Assembly: GCA_963701295.1 (NCBI GenBank) | Contig: OY969585.1 | Location: 2,016,001-2,080,000 of the forward strand | Reading direction: 5' to 3' | Origin: Ignavibacteriota bacterium | GTDB lineage: Bacteria; Bacteroidota; Ignavibacteria; UBA10030 | Length of the DNA stretch: 64,000 bases | Shown: positions 53,086-64,000 of the stretch, piece by piece | How the letters are laid out: each line of letters begins with the position of its first letter | Numbering within the stretch: the stretch's first letter is position 1 | Notes under the pieces: model-generated | Told to the model about the DNA's origin: nothing | Databases searched by the model: none | Seen by the model: only the letters and a program-made list of their open reading frames with translations | Position numbers and translations under genes: made by a program

Positions 53086-53648
53086 CCACCGAAAACGACG
53101 ATCGAAAAGAAACGATCATCAAAGATTTTCTTATCCAGCTTGGCGAAGATCCGCAACGTGAAGGGCTTCGCAAAACTCCGGATCGTGTGGCTCGGATGTA
53201 TGAATTCCTGACCAAAGGGTATAGACAAAATATTGAAGAGGTTATGAACAGCGCCGTCTTTGAAGAAAAATACAGCGAAATGGTCATCGTCAAAGACATC
53301 GACTTTTTTTCCTTGTGCGAACATCATCTCGTTCCATTTTTTGGTAAGTGCCATATTGCATATATTCCGAATGGACGAATCATTGGTCTGAGTAAAATGC
53401 CTCGGATCGTGGAAGTGTTCGCACGGCGATTGCAGGTTCAAGAGCGATTAACGCAGCAAATTGCTGATACGCTGTATCATCATATTCGGCCACTGGGAGT
53501 TGCAGTTGTGATGGAAGCACAACATCTCTGCATGATTATGCGCGGAGTTGAGAAATTGAATTCTGTGGCAACAACAAGTGCAATGCTGGGTGCATTCCGA
53601 AATGATGAAAAAACAAGAAGTGAATTTCTCACACTCATCGGCAGGTAG
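53082..53648 (+). CDS. folE: GTP cyclohydrolase I
   Basis: [35 protein letters not shown]. Confidence 0.97.
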   Translation: MTTENDDRKETIIKDFLIQLGEDPQREGLRKTPDRVARMYEFLTKGYRQNIEEVMNSAVFEEKYSEMVIVKDIDFFSLCEHHLVPFFGKCHIAYIPNGRIIGLSKMPRIVEVFARRLQVQERLTQQIADTLYHHIRPLGVAVVMEAQHLCMIMRGVEKLNSVATTSAMLGAFRNDEKTRSEFLTLIGR

Positions 53649-53660
53649 CCGTAACACGCA

Positions 53661-54389
53661 ATGGAAACCAAGAAACCGCGAATCATTTGGATCACCGGAG
53701 CGAGTACGGGAATCGGGAGAGCTCTCGCAGAGGTCTTCACTTCACGCGGCGATACCGTTATTGCAAGTGCAAGAACTGAATCGAAGTTGAACGAATTGGG
53801 CCGACAAATTTCTGCTGCCTGTGGTACGTGCGAAATCATCAAATGCGATGTGCAAAGCCAGGTTTCCGTATTTGGAGCCGTAAAGAAAATCATGGAACTG
53901 CATGGACATATTGATGTGCTTATCAATAACGCAGGGGTTACGTACTTCAAAGATTTCATGGATACATCAATAGAAGAGTTCGATCATGTCATTAATACCA
54001 ACCTCCGTGGAACATTCCTCACGACGAAAGCCGTTCTACCGGCGATGCTTCAGCACCAGACAGGATTAGTATGTAACATTCTATCGTATGTAGTAAAAGA
54101 AGTGTACACAAAATCTGCCGCGTACTCTTCCTCGAAAGCAGGCGTCGAAGCGATGATGAACGTTCTTCGTGCTGAAGTCCGGCGGCATGGTATCAATATT
54201 GTGAATGTCTATCCTGGTGCTGTCTCCACTTCGATCTGGCGTCAAAACCAACTTGAGAAATTCGGAAATCAAATGTTGACACCAGAACAAGTTGCAGAGA
54301 TGCTCTATCAGGTATCGATCCAGTCGCCATCGCTTATGGTGGAAGAAATTGTTCTCCGACCGCACGGCGGAGATCTACAGGTATCATGA
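53661..54389 (+). CDS. SDR oxidoreductase, probable sepiapterin reductase
   Basis: TGASTGIG, NNAG, YSSSK; C-terminal VEEIVLRPHGGDL; operon with PTPS and folE. Confidence 0.75.
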   Translation: METKKPRIIWITGASTGIGRALAEVFTSRGDTVIASARTESKLNELGRQISAACGTCEIIKCDVQSQVSVFGAVKKIMELHGHIDVLINNAGVTYFKDFMDTSIEEFDHVINTNLRGTFLTTKAVLPAMLQHQTGLVCNILSYVVKEVYTKSAAYSSSKAGVEAMMNVLRAEVRRHGINIVNVYPGAVSTSIWRQNQLEKFGNQMLTPEQVAEMLYQVSIQSPSLMVEEIVLRPHGGDLQVS

Positions 54390-54550
54390 TTCCTTCCTTA
54401 TCTCAGGACTGAATGCTTTTTTGCTACTGCTCTGCTGATTGAAACTCATAACTTCCCGTTGAAGACTGCTATTGCTTCAATGAGCTGCGAAGTGAGAAAA
54501 TCAGCAGAGAGTTTTCTTGCAACTTGATACACAATCCATGATTTGATATA

Positions 54551-56986
54551 TTGGAGGCATCAATGAAACGTGCACCGTACATCCGAATTACCCTCAGTGC
54601 TATCTGTTTGGTGATCGTATTTCTTTTTAACGGTTGTTCTATTTTCGAGCCTGTGGGACATGCGATTTCGCAGGGATATGAAAATTCCATCGCGTATTTT
54701 AACGGATACTATAACGCAAAGTGGCTGTTTGATGAAGCAGAAGATGAAATTCGATCAGATGCTTTGGCGAAACGCGGCCAAGTAAGCTCAACGGCAACAG
54801 CTGATCAAATTCCCGCAAGCGCAAAAGAGAAGCTACTCAAAGTCATTGATAAATGTTCAAATATTCTTGCGTTTCACTCCACAAGCACATTGGTAGATGA
54901 TGCACTTATACTCATCGGAAAATCCTTTTATTATCAAGCAGAATATCTTAAAGCAGAACGAAAATTTTCGGAGTTGTTGACCCAGTATCCTAACAGTCCG
55001 TTGGTATTAGAGACCCAGATTTGGTATGCTCGAACAGAAGAAAAATTAAAGAAAATTGACACGGGGATTCGTATGTGTGAGTCTACAATTGCTGCCGCAA
55101 AAGCGAGCGATGATACTAAAATCGAGACTCAAGCGCACCGGATCCTCGGCAGACTCTATCTTCAGGAAAACCAAACCGATAAAGCCGTGCTGGAATTTGA
55201 AAAAGAGATTGCACTTTTAAGTGATGACAATACAAAAGCCGAAGTGCAGATGAATCTTGGAAGTATTTATTTTTCTGGAGGCCAGTACGAGAAGGCAGCA
55301 GAAGCATATCTCCAAGTTGGAGACTATACATCTGATATTTACTCGAGCTATTACAGCAAGGTGCAAGCGGCTATTGCGTATCGCGAGATCAAAGAATATA
55401 AAAAAGGATTAACCCTGGTCGACGCAATGATTGAGAATTTTCGGTATAAAGTATATTTACCTGACCTGCTTTTTGAACGAGCCAATAATTACGCGGCCAG
55501 CAGGAAAATAAATGATGCGATAGATGAATATATCTATGTTGACACCGCATACACAAAGTCGGAATACGCTCTACGTTCTGCATATCAGCTTGGAGTATTG
55601 TATGAAAAGGAAATCGGTGATTATAAGTTAGCATTGAAGTATTATACCGAAGTGAATTCGGCTGCAGGGCCAAAATTCGTAGCTGATGGTCGTCTGAAAT
55701 TTACGGCTCTCACAAGATATTCTGATGCTCGAAAGAAATTGGAAATGGCGGATAGCCTCTTGTTCGTTCTTGCAGATACAACGCAAAAGGCAATTTTAGA
55801 TACGCTTACTACGATACTATCTGATACGACAAAGCATAGAGGTGCAAAGGTATTTTCTCAATCAAATCCACCGATTGCCGATTCGCTTCCATCGATGTCT
55901 GATAGCACAAAGCTCAAAATTAAAACGGCTGCTTCTCGACTTACAAAATCTCGTACTGATTCGCTAAAGATGCTTCGTTCTCTATTGGATTCAACACAAC
56001 GTACCATTGCACAAGCTTCATCTCGACGCCCACATGTCGAGGCTGATTCACTGACTCTGCTTAAATCTATTGCAGATTCAATACAACACAAAATTTCTCT
56101 GATTTCTTCTCAACTTACAGATTCACTTATCGTGCTCAAATCTATTGCTGCACAAGACTTGGGAGATATCTTCTATATAGAAGTCGTAGTGCCGGACTCT
56201 GCTTTCTACTGGTATGAAAAATCTCTTGCATGGGGCTATTCTCCTATCCGGAGTCCACGCATTCTTTATATTCTTGCAGAACTTTCCAGGATGAATACCG
56301 GGAAAAAATATCCTACGCCTGAAGAATACTACACACGTCTCGATCATGATTTTCCGGAATCCATCTATGCAGAAGAGGCACGGCGATTTCTTGGAAAGGA
56401 AAGTTCTGTAAAGAAAACCGATAGCGCAGCGATTTATTATGAGCAGGCTGAGAAGCAAATTGAAACAAAACAGTACACCAATGCGATTAAAGCGTTTCAC
56501 GACATAGCAGAATCATACCCCAAATCCCCATTAGCTGCTAAAAGTGAATATGCGATTGGATGGATTTTAGAGAACCATCTCGAGCAACCAGAAAGTGCTC
56601 TCGTGCAGTATAAACATGTTGTGAAGAACTATGACGGCACAAAGTACGCAATTGCAGCAGCGAACCGATTAGCAGGTACCGTGAAATCTGACAACGTGAA
56701 ACTAGATACAGCAAAGATCAGGGATATAAAGACGGACACATCTAAGATTCATAGAGTAGCGATAGATTCAACAAAGATAAATGCTGTGAAGATAGATACG
56801 ATAAAAATCAACAAAGGAAAAATAGATACATCCAAATCTAACACTGTGAAAATAGACACATTCGAACTGAAAATAACAAGGATAGATACATCAGAGATAA
56901 ATTCCAGACCCATGAACCAGAAAGTTCCAATTCCAGTGGACGCCAGGAAAGATTCGGTGGTCTCTAGAAAGAAAATAATAGATTAG
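54551..56986 (+). CDS. TPR-repeat lipoprotein (SprE/PorW-like) with low-complexity DS/DT-rich segments
   Basis: Lipobox FNGC; YFNGYYNA, VDDALILIGKSFYY, many TPRs; C-terminal 10-residue K-x-D-T repeats. Confidence 0.8.
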   Translation: MEASMKRAPYIRITLSAICLVIVFLFNGCSIFEPVGHAISQGYENSIAYFNGYYNAKWLFDEAEDEIRSDALAKRGQVSSTATADQIPASAKEKLLKVIDKCSNILAFHSTSTLVDDALILIGKSFYYQAEYLKAERKFSELLTQYPNSPLVLETQIWYARTEEKLKKIDTGIRMCESTIAAAKASDDTKIETQAHRILGRLYLQENQTDKAVLEFEKEIALLSDDNTKAEVQMNLGSIYFSGGQYEKAAEAYLQVGDYTSDIYSSYYSKVQAAIAYREIKEYKKGLTLVDAMIENFRYKVYLPDLLFERANNYAASRKINDAIDEYIYVDTAYTKSEYALRSAYQLGVLYEKEIGDYKLALKYYTEVNSAAGPKFVADGRLKFTALTRYSDARKKLEMADSLLFVLADTTQKAILDTLTTILSDTTKHRGAKVFSQSNPPIADSLPSMSDSTKLKIKTAASRLTKSRTDSLKMLRSLLDSTQRTIAQASSRRPHVEADSLTLLKSIADSIQHKISLISSQLTDSLIVLKSIAAQDLGDIFYIEVVVPDSAFYWYEKSLAWGYSPIRSPRILYILAELSRMNTGKKYPTPEEYYTRLDHDFPESIYAEEARRFLGKESSVKKTDSAAIYYEQAEKQIETKQYTNAIKAFHDIAESYPKSPLAAKSEYAIGWILENHLEQPESALVQYKHVVKNYDGTKYAIAAANRLAGTVKSDNVKLDTAKIRDIKTDTSKIHRVAIDSTKINAVKIDTIKINKGKIDTSKSNTVKIDTFELKITRIDTSEINSRPMNQKVPIPVDARKDSVVSRKKIID

Positions 56987-57069
56987 GGATCAATGTTGCA
57001 AAAGAAAAGTGAACGAAGAGGAATGTTAACTGTTCTACGAAAGAATTTAGAAAGAGCAAAGAAATAGTA

Positions 57070-57846
57070 ATGAGAGAAATGGCGCAACAAGTGTGTGAGG
57101 TGCAATCTTGCGATGAAGTTGCTGCAAAGACATTTCTCCTTCGGTTCACTTCTCCTGAAATTACTGCTTTGGCACAACCGGGTCAATTCGTCCATGTGCT
57201 TGCTGCTGAAGCCGGTAAGGGTCCGTTATTGCGCAGGCCATTTAGTATTGCGCGTGTTGACGGTGATATCGTTGAGCTGCTTTTTCATGCTATTGGATCA
57301 GGCACGGTCCTTCTTTCTCGAAAGCGGCATGGTGAAACGATCGATGTTTTGGGCCCGCTTGGCCAGTCATTCCGGATCGATGCCGACTATGACACAGCAC
57401 TTATAGTTGCCGGTGGAATCGGCGTAGCACCATTTCCATTTCTTACAGCAAATTTACTCAAGCGATGCAAACGTATTGAGACATTTATCGGATATAGAAA
57501 TGCCGGACAAATTCTTACTTCCTATCTGCAAAATATTCACATAGCGACGGATGATGGCAGTGAAGGGTTTCATGGAAATGTTGTCCAGCTGTTCGAACCA
57601 TTTCTTGATCGGACAGAACTCGGGAAAGTAAAAATATTTGCCTGCGGTCCGACTGTTATGCTCAAAGCACTTACGGAACTCGCAAAACGTAAAAACATAT
57701 GTTGCGAAGTATCATTAGAGGAGCATATGGCATGTGGAGTCGGACTTTGTCAAGGATGTCCGGTGGAACGCACCGGTGATGGAGCTAAGTACGCTCTTGT
57801 GTGTAAAGACGGACCAATATTTCTCACAACGGATGTAATTCTATAA
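57070..57846 (+). CDS. pyrK: Dihydroorotate dehydrogenase electron transfer subunit
   Basis: LLRRPFSI, AGGIGVAP, ACGP, MACGVGLCQGC...CKDGP. Confidence 0.93.
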   Translation: MREMAQQVCEVQSCDEVAAKTFLLRFTSPEITALAQPGQFVHVLAAEAGKGPLLRRPFSIARVDGDIVELLFHAIGSGTVLLSRKRHGETIDVLGPLGQSFRIDADYDTALIVAGGIGVAPFPFLTANLLKRCKRIETFIGYRNAGQILTSYLQNIHIATDDGSEGFHGNVVQLFEPFLDRTELGKVKIFACGPTVMLKALTELAKRKNICCEVSLEEHMACGVGLCQGCPVERTGDGAKYALVCKDGPIFLTTDVIL

Positions 57847-58811
57847 TGACCGCACCGATAGAAAATAAAGTAAAAACATCGTTTACTCTATGCGGAATTG
57901 AATTCAAAAATCGTGTTTTTGTTGCTTCGGGTACATTTGGATATGGAGATGAGGTTCATACATTGGTAGATGTGAGTCGGCTTGGAGGCATCTTTACAAA
58001 ATCGCTTTCGTGGAAACCGCGCGCCGGTAATCCGCCACCGCGTATTGTTGAAACAGCCAGTGGTATGTTGAATTCCATTGGACTTGCCAATATCGGTGTT
58101 CATACATTTATTGAACAAAAACTACCGTACCTTCGTACACTTGATACGAGAATTATAGCGAATATTGCTGCAAGTTCTCTCCAAGAATACTGCGATGTTC
58201 TCGGTTTGCTGGAAGAGCAGGAGGGAATTACTGCTTATGAGATCAATGTCTCGTGTCCGAACGTGAAAGAGGGCGGACTAAATTTCGGTACTGATTGTTC
58301 GATGACAGGAAGAATCACGGCAAGTCTTCGTAAGCTGACGCGCAAAGCTCTCATCATAAAATTGACGCCGAATGTAACACACATTTCTGAATTTGCCCGT
58401 GCTGTTGAAGTGGAAGGTGCTGATGCGGTTTCTGTGATGAACACACTTATCGGAATGGCGATAGACATCAAGACACGAAAGCCAAAACTTTCTACGGTTA
58501 CTGGCGGCCTTTCTGGTCCGGCTATCAAACCCGTTGCATTGGCAAAAGTGTATGAAGTTGCCAAGTCAGTGAAAATCCCGATCTTTGGGATTGGCGGAAT
58601 TGCCAGCGCCGAAGATGCAATCGAGTTCTTGTTGGCAGGAGCAACAGCAGTACAAGTTGGTACGATGAACTTTGTCGATCCCGCAATTTCTGTAAAGATC
58701 GCCGATGATCTGGTAATCTACGCCCGTGAGCATGGAATTTCAGATATGGGTACGCTTATCGGTGCCTTGGATGCAGAACTGAAGTTCTCGGTTCTTCAAT
58801 CCTGGTTGTAA
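57846..58811 (+). CDS. pyrD: Dihydroorotate dehydrogenase (class 1B)
   Basis: ASGTFG, NSIGLAN, NVSCPNV, KLTPNV, GGLSGPAIKP. Confidence 0.96.
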   Translation: MTAPIENKVKTSFTLCGIEFKNRVFVASGTFGYGDEVHTLVDVSRLGGIFTKSLSWKPRAGNPPPRIVETASGMLNSIGLANIGVHTFIEQKLPYLRTLDTRIIANIAASSLQEYCDVLGLLEEQEGITAYEINVSCPNVKEGGLNFGTDCSMTGRITASLRKLTRKALIIKLTPNVTHISEFARAVEVEGADAVSVMNTLIGMAIDIKTRKPKLSTVTGGLSGPAIKPVALAKVYEVAKSVKIPIFGIGGIASAEDAIEFLLAGATAVQVGTMNFVDPAISVKIADDLVIYAREHGISDMGTLIGALDAELKFSVLQSWL

Positions 58812-58856
58812 CATTTTTTGAAAGTCGCTTTTTTCTTTCCATTTATTGATGCTACG

Positions 58857-60158
58857 TTGACATACACTGAATCTATCAAGTTTCTTTACAATCTCCAGAA
58901 GTTAGGAATGAAATTCGGATTACAAGGAATCAGAACACTGCTCCGTTCCCTCGATCATCCGGAAAAGAAATTTTCTTCTATCCACGTCGCTGGTACGAAT
59001 GGCAAAGGTTCTACCGCTTCGATAATTGCGGCAATCTTTACAGCTGCCGGTTATAAAACGGGTTTGTATACTTCTCCACATCTCCTAAGCTTCAATGAAC
59101 GGATCAGAATCAACGGCAAGCCGATTCCCTCGCGCACCGTAGCGCAGCTTGTATCAGTCCTTCAACCTGAAGTTGAAAGAAATGCCTGCACTTTCTTCGA
59201 AGCAGTAACAGCGATAGCATTCAAACATTTTACAGAATCCAAAGTGGACATTGCAATTGTTGAAACCGGTTTGGGAGGGAGGTTGGATGCAACCAATGTT
59301 CTTCGGCCGCTTGTTTCCGTTATTACGACGATTGGATTGGAACATATTCAGATTCTTGGTACGAGTATCACAGATATTGCTTTCGAGAAAGGAGGCATTA
59401 TTAAGAAAGGAAGTCCCTGTGTAACTGGAACAAAATCGCAAAAGGCTGTTCATATTCTGCAAACTATCTGCAATCAAAGGAAATCACAATTGATTCGAAT
59501 TCATCCCGGAGGAATTCATGTAAAGCATTTCTCTCTTCAAGGAATTGTATCGGATTTTCTCGTGGCAGGACGCAAGATGAAGAATGTGCACGTGTCGCTG
59601 GCTGGTGAGCATCAAGCGATGAATACATCTCTTGCGCTGAATACTATCGAAGCGGTGATCCAGCAAAGTAATTTCAAATTGAGCGAACAATCTATTCGGA
59701 AAGGATTAGGAAATATCCAAAAATATTCCGGACTTCAAGCTCGATTATCGGTTATTCAACAAAATCCTCTCATCCTTGCCGATGTTGCACATAATCCAGA
59801 GGCTGTCCGTACGCTTTGTCATTCACTCCGGCAATTACGTCTCGGAAAAGTTCACATGGTGTTTGGTCTGATGCAGGATAAAGACTATAAGCAGATTGTA
59901 AAAGTGCTTCAAGAAGTTGCAAATGCTGTTTTTGTTGTGGAAGCAAGTACAGATCGATCTCGTTGTGCAGCAGAGTTAGCAAAGGAGTTTCGTCGATTAG
60001 ATGTACCCGTAGAAGAATTTACTGACGTCAAGAGTGGTATTGCGGGGGTTCTTCGAAAACACGATGGCGTCCCGATACTCGTTACCGGTTCGCATTTTGT
60101 TGTTGGTGAAGCACTTGCTTTTCTCAAAAAGGAAAAATACTTGACAATCAATCAATAA
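58857..60158 (+). CDS. folC: Folylpolyglutamate synthase / dihydrofolate synthase
   Basis: HVAGTNGKGS, YTSPHL, ETGLGGRLDATN, DVAHNP; TTG start uncertain (58818 or 58857). Confidence 0.95.
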   Translation: MTYTESIKFLYNLQKLGMKFGLQGIRTLLRSLDHPEKKFSSIHVAGTNGKGSTASIIAAIFTAAGYKTGLYTSPHLLSFNERIRINGKPIPSRTVAQLVSVLQPEVERNACTFFEAVTAIAFKHFTESKVDIAIVETGLGGRLDATNVLRPLVSVITTIGLEHIQILGTSITDIAFEKGGIIKKGSPCVTGTKSQKAVHILQTICNQRKSQLIRIHPGGIHVKHFSLQGIVSDFLVAGRKMKNVHVSLAGEHQAMNTSLALNTIEAVIQQSNFKLSEQSIRKGLGNIQKYSGLQARLSVIQQNPLILADVAHNPEAVRTLCHSLRQLRLGKVHMVFGLMQDKDYKQIVKVLQEVANAVFVVEASTDRSRCAAELAKEFRRLDVPVEEFTDVKSGIAGVLRKHDGVPILVTGSHFVVGEALAFLKKEKYLTINQ

Positions 60159-60169
60159 TCGTGTATACT
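60141..60169 (+). promoter_or_regulatory. Putative sigma70 promoter of rho, overlapping the folC 3' end
   Basis: TTGACA, 17 bp, TATACT. Confidence 0.7.
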
Positions 60170-60339
60170 AAAAGTGGAAGATCTTAGAAAAGTTTCTTTT
60201 CCGGTTCATCCGACCAGGGTTACTTCAAAAAAATTGTTTCGTTCCATTCTAATTATTTATCAAAGAAAATTGTCTGATATTTGACGATGTTTTTTAAAAT
60301 TTACAATCCCCATCTCTCACTATCATAGGTATATTTTCC

Positions 60340-61593
60340 ATGCCAATGGATATCTCTGAATTAAAATCCAAAAAGATCGCCGAGTTAAATGCGATTGCCA
60401 AAGAACTCAATATCACAGGGTATAGCGATCTTCGCAAGCAAGATCTCATTTTTAAAATTCTCGAAGCACAAACCCAGAAAGACGGTCTCGGATTCAGCAA
60501 AGGTGTGCTTGAGGTTCTCCCCGACGGGTACGGATTTCTTCGCTCGGTCGATTACAATTACCTGCCGTCGCCGGATGATATTTATGTGTCGCCATCGCAG
60601 ATCAAGAAATTCGGATTGCGTACGGGCGATACCGTGAACGGCCAGGTCCGCCCGCCGAAAGAAGGCGAACGGTTTTTTGCGCTCCTGCGTGTAGAGGCAG
60701 TGAACGATGACCATCCGGATTTGATTCGTGAACGTGTCCTGTTTGAGAATCTTACGCCGATGTATCCAGCAGAACGGATCAAGCTGGAAACCATTCCCGG
60801 TGAATATGCTATGCGTATTCTCGACCTTCTAGCACCGGTTGGAAAAGGCCAGCGTGGTATGATCGTTTCACCGCCTAAAGCTGGAAAAACCATCCTTTTA
60901 CAAAAAATGGCAAACAGTATTACGAGAAATCATCCGGAAGCGAAGTTGATTGTGCTCCTCATTGACGAGCGCCCTGAAGAAGTGACGGATATGGAACGTT
61001 CTGTAAGTGCTGAAGTTGTCAGTTCCACATTTGATGAACCACCTGAGCGTCACGTTCAAGTTTCTGACATGGTGCTGGAGAAAGCAAAAAGATTGGTTGA
61101 ATCAAAGAAAGATGTTATCATCCTTCTTGATAGTATCACACGTCTTGCCCGGGCACATAACACCGTTGTCCCGCATAGCGGAAAGATCCTCTCCGGCGGT
61201 GTCGATGCAAACGCGTTGCATCGGCCAAAACGATTTTTTGGTGCTGCCCGAAATATTGAGGAGGGCGGAAGTCTTACAATCATTGCAACGGCATTGGTAG
61301 AAACTGGCAGTCGAATGGATGAAGTGATCTTTGAAGAGTTTAAAGGTACCGGGAATATGGAAATTGTGCTCGATCGCGGCTTGAGCGATAAGCGTATTTT
61401 CCCGGCAATCAATGTGAACCGCTCTGGAACACGCAAAGAAGAAATGCTGCTTGAACCGGACGATTTGAATCGCGTATGGATTCTTCGCAAGTTTATGAGT
61501 GATTTGGAACCCAGCGAAGCAATGGAACTCCTGCTTGATAAAATGAGGGGTACTAAGACAAACAAAGAATTCCTTAAAGTAATGAATAGTTGA
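60340..61593 (+). CDS. rho: Transcription termination factor Rho
   Basis: [41 protein letters not shown]. Confidence 0.98.
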   Translation: MPMDISELKSKKIAELNAIAKELNITGYSDLRKQDLIFKILEAQTQKDGLGFSKGVLEVLPDGYGFLRSVDYNYLPSPDDIYVSPSQIKKFGLRTGDTVNGQVRPPKEGERFFALLRVEAVNDDHPDLIRERVLFENLTPMYPAERIKLETIPGEYAMRILDLLAPVGKGQRGMIVSPPKAGKTILLQKMANSITRNHPEAKLIVLLIDERPEEVTDMERSVSAEVVSSTFDEPPERHVQVSDMVLEKAKRLVESKKDVIILLDSITRLARAHNTVVPHSGKILSGGVDANALHRPKRFFGAARNIEEGGSLTIIATALVETGSRMDEVIFEEFKGTGNMEIVLDRGLSDKRIFPAINVNRSGTRKEEMLLEPDDLNRVWILRKFMSDLEPSEAMELLLDKMRGTKTNKEFLKVMNS

Positions 61594-61698
61594 TATGCGA
61601 GTCACGATTGTCGAGAGAGAATCGTGGCAACATTTTACGCCTGCGCGCGAGCACGAAATATCAATCACTGACCGCTGATCACCAATATCTGATAGCTC

Positions 61699-62076
61699 TC
61701 AGCACTCGTCCATTTCGTGCACTCCGGACTTTTCAATCAGATATTTTACAAAGTGATTATTTTTATCGACGAGAATGTTGATGGGCTTTTTAGGTCGATC
61801 AGAGATCTGAAACGACATTATAATAACTTCATCGCCTTTGTGTACAAGATGTGCAGCAGCTCCATTTATCCCAATAAGACCAGAATTCTTTTTCCCTTTT
61901 ATGACATAGGTTTCAAGCCGGTTACCATTCGAGTTATTGACAATAAGGACTTTTTCATACTCAGCAAGTCCCGCAAGTTTCATCAGGCATTCGTCGATTG
62001 TAATTGAGCCGACATAATGGAGGTTTGCTTCGGTAATAGTAGCTTTATGGATTTTCGATCGAAGATAGATCCGCAT
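61699..62076 (-). CDS. panD: Aspartate 1-decarboxylase
   Basis: [14 protein letters not shown] cleavage site, RLETYVI, INGAAA. Confidence 0.95.
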   Translation of the reverse strand: MRIYLRSKIHKATITEANLHYVGSITIDECLMKLAGLAEYEKVLIVNNSNGNRLETYVIKGKKNSGLIGINGAAAHLVHKGDEVIIMSFQISDRPKKPINILVDKNNHFVKYLIEKSGVHEMDEC

Positions 62077-62418
62077 AATAGTGTTCCTGTTCAATTGTCC
62101 ATCATAAAGTACTCACAAGTCATTGGATATGCAAAGGAATCGTTGCTTGAATGCTTTGCGTCAATCATGACATTCTCTTGGTTCTCTCTAATGTGTAGAT
62201 GTTATGAGGAATCAAATACTTGGAAAATACACAAGAGGAAATGCAAAATTAGGTTGGTGCAGGGAACGCATATAGGTAGGTATTGGTGTAGTCTCCCAGC
62301 GGGATGTACTTTTACATTTCTAATTTGGATTATGAAGAGTTGTTTTTGGTATGAAGTTTTGGTACCATACCATTATATTTAAGCTCAACCTGCCTTCGGC
62401 GGGTCAATCGTAGCAAAT

Positions 62419-63417
62419 ATGAATTTATTCAGACGAGCATTTGTTCTTTGTTTTCTTCCGGGATTCCTATGGTGTCAGCACAGATCGGATAGCAGCGCGA
62501 CAGTCATCTTTGCCGGTGATCTTAATTTCGCGGCAAATTTTGAGTATGCCGTGCAACATCGACCCATCAACGTCTTTGCCCATTGGAAACGCATCGGTAC
62601 ATACGATTTGATGATGGTCAATCTGGAAAATGCTGTGACACAATCTGCAGATAGTATGGCGAAAGAGTTTGTCTTCAAAATGAAGCCGAAATATCTTTCT
62701 CTGTTATGCGGTGCTGGAATTTCGATTGTCAATTGTGCCAACAATCATACAGCAGATTTTGGTGCAGAGGGAATTTTGGAAACAATCCAGCAGCTTGATT
62801 CGGCTGGGATCCGGCATACAGGCATCGGGCGAAATTTTTCAGAAGCACGAAAGCCGGTTATTCTCCTTGTGAATGGTATTCGAATCGGTTTCCTGGGATA
62901 TGGTGGTGAGAGAACATTTATCGCTTCAAGTACACAGCCTGGTACGACATCACGCAATCAATGGCTTATCCTTGAGGATATCAAAAGACTGAAATCGCGT
63001 GTCGATTTTATCGTCATCAATCTTCATTGGGGCGAGGAACTGGAAACAATACCAGATAGCAATCAGATTATTCTTGCGCACCGGATGATCGAAGGCGGTG
63101 CCGATTTGATCGTGGGGCATCATCCGCATGTACTGCAGGGAATTGAGCGGTATCGTGGAAAAATCATTGCATACTCTTTAGGCAATTTTGTGTTTGGTGG
63201 GAATTCAAAAAGTGCGAATAGTGAAACAGCTGTATTGAAGGTTCGGTTTACGAAAGATACTGTAGAAGTACAAGCAGTTCCAGTTTCTGTTCATGACTGG
63301 CAGCCGGCACCGGCAGATAGCAGTACAATGTATCGAGTGTTACAGTGTTTGCAGGAACGATCAAAAGTATTTTCCGAAACGATTTCTTTTACATCTTTAG
63401 GAGTACAGTATGAGTAA
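62419..63417 (+). CDS. CapA / PGA biosynthesis metallophosphatase family protein
   Basis: FAGD, VNLE, ANNH, HWG, GHHPHVLQ, YSLGNF. Confidence 0.92.
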   Translation: MNLFRRAFVLCFLPGFLWCQHRSDSSATVIFAGDLNFAANFEYAVQHRPINVFAHWKRIGTYDLMMVNLENAVTQSADSMAKEFVFKMKPKYLSLLCGAGISIVNCANNHTADFGAEGILETIQQLDSAGIRHTGIGRNFSEARKPVILLVNGIRIGFLGYGGERTFIASSTQPGTTSRNQWLILEDIKRLKSRVDFIVINLHWGEELETIPDSNQIILAHRMIEGGADLIVGHHPHVLQGIERYRGKIIAYSLGNFVFGGNSKSANSETAVLKVRFTKDTVEVQAVPVSVHDWQPAPADSSTMYRVLQCLQERSKVFSETISFTSLGVQYE

Positions 63418-64000
63418 GGGATTGATTATTACACTTTCGATTATTGGTGGATTGCTTTTGGTTGTTCTTCTCACGGTCGGCTGGGGAGTCGGTGTCTATA
63501 ATAAAATTGTTGCTAAAGATGAAGGCGTGAAGAGCGCTTGGAGTCAAGTAGAGAATCAATATCAACGCCGATACGATTTAATACCAAACCTCGTTGAGAC
63601 TGTAAAGGGTTTTGCGAAGCAGGAAAAGGAAGTACTCATTGGTGTTACCGAAGCGCGAGCGAGTGTTGGACAAATGAAAGTGACTCCCGAAGTACTGAAC
63701 AATCCACAAGCATTCCAAAATTTTCAAAAAGCACAGGATGGATTAGGCTCGGCATTATCACGATTAATGGTTGTTGTGGAAAAATACCCTGAATTGAAAT
63801 CGAATCAAAATTTTCTTGAGCTTCAATCACAATTAGAAGGTACCGAGAATCGCATTGCTGTCGAGCGCCTCCGGTTTAATGAAATTGTACAAGAGTTCAA
63901 TACTATGATCCGCCGTTTCCCGGCAAAAATGATTGCGGGCTTCTGCGGATTCCGTGAAGCACAATATTTCCAATCTGTCGAGGGCTCTGATAAAGCACCA
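63410..64000 (+). CDS. LemA family protein (3'-truncated by the window edge)
   Basis: ATG 63410; WSQVENQYQRRYDLIPNLVETVKG, EKYPELKSNQNF, LEGTENRIAVER. Confidence 0.93.
   Translation, partial: MSKGLIITLSIIGGLLLVVLLTVGWGVGVYNKIVAKDEGVKSAWSQVENQYQRRYDLIPNLVETVKGFAKQEKEVLIGVTEARASVGQMKVTPEVLNNPQAFQNFQKAQDGLGSALSRLMVVVEKYPELKSNQNFLELQSQLEGTENRIAVERLRFNEIVQEFNTMIRRFPAKMIAGFCGFREAQYFQSVEGSDKAP

Overview
This is a bacterial chromosomal window. Gene content and protein style suggest Ignavibacteria or a related FCB-group lineage (inference). Most of it is housekeeping: ssb, atpD/atpC, purF, ftsY, mutL, pyrK/pyrD, folC, rho, panD and folE. It also holds a cobalamin-riboswitch-controlled B12 uptake operon, two glutamate dehydrogenases flanking a receiver/PEP-synthase-like protein, three tRNA genes, a xylan-degradation pair and a run of small cassette-like genes next to tRNA-Ser. 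The most unusual signal is a family of tRNA-associated palindromic elements. The same 30-nt double hairpin, with compensatory base changes, is inserted right after GGTTC in the T-loop of two different tRNA-derived sequences. One copy directly follows a small GIY-YIG nuclease gene at tRNA-Ser(CGA). The other lies in a degenerate tRNA-Thr that itself encloses an intact tRNA-Thr between 13-bp inverted repeats. A related hairpin interrupts the T-loop-type L4 loop of the cobalamin riboswitch. Other notable items: a full-length family B DNA polymerase homolog with degenerate catalytic motifs, a probable tetrahydrobiopterin operon, an unannotated 57-aa basic protein gene, and three frameshifts that can all be explained by one AGTA->AGGTA change. 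All calls were made by eye, without database searches.
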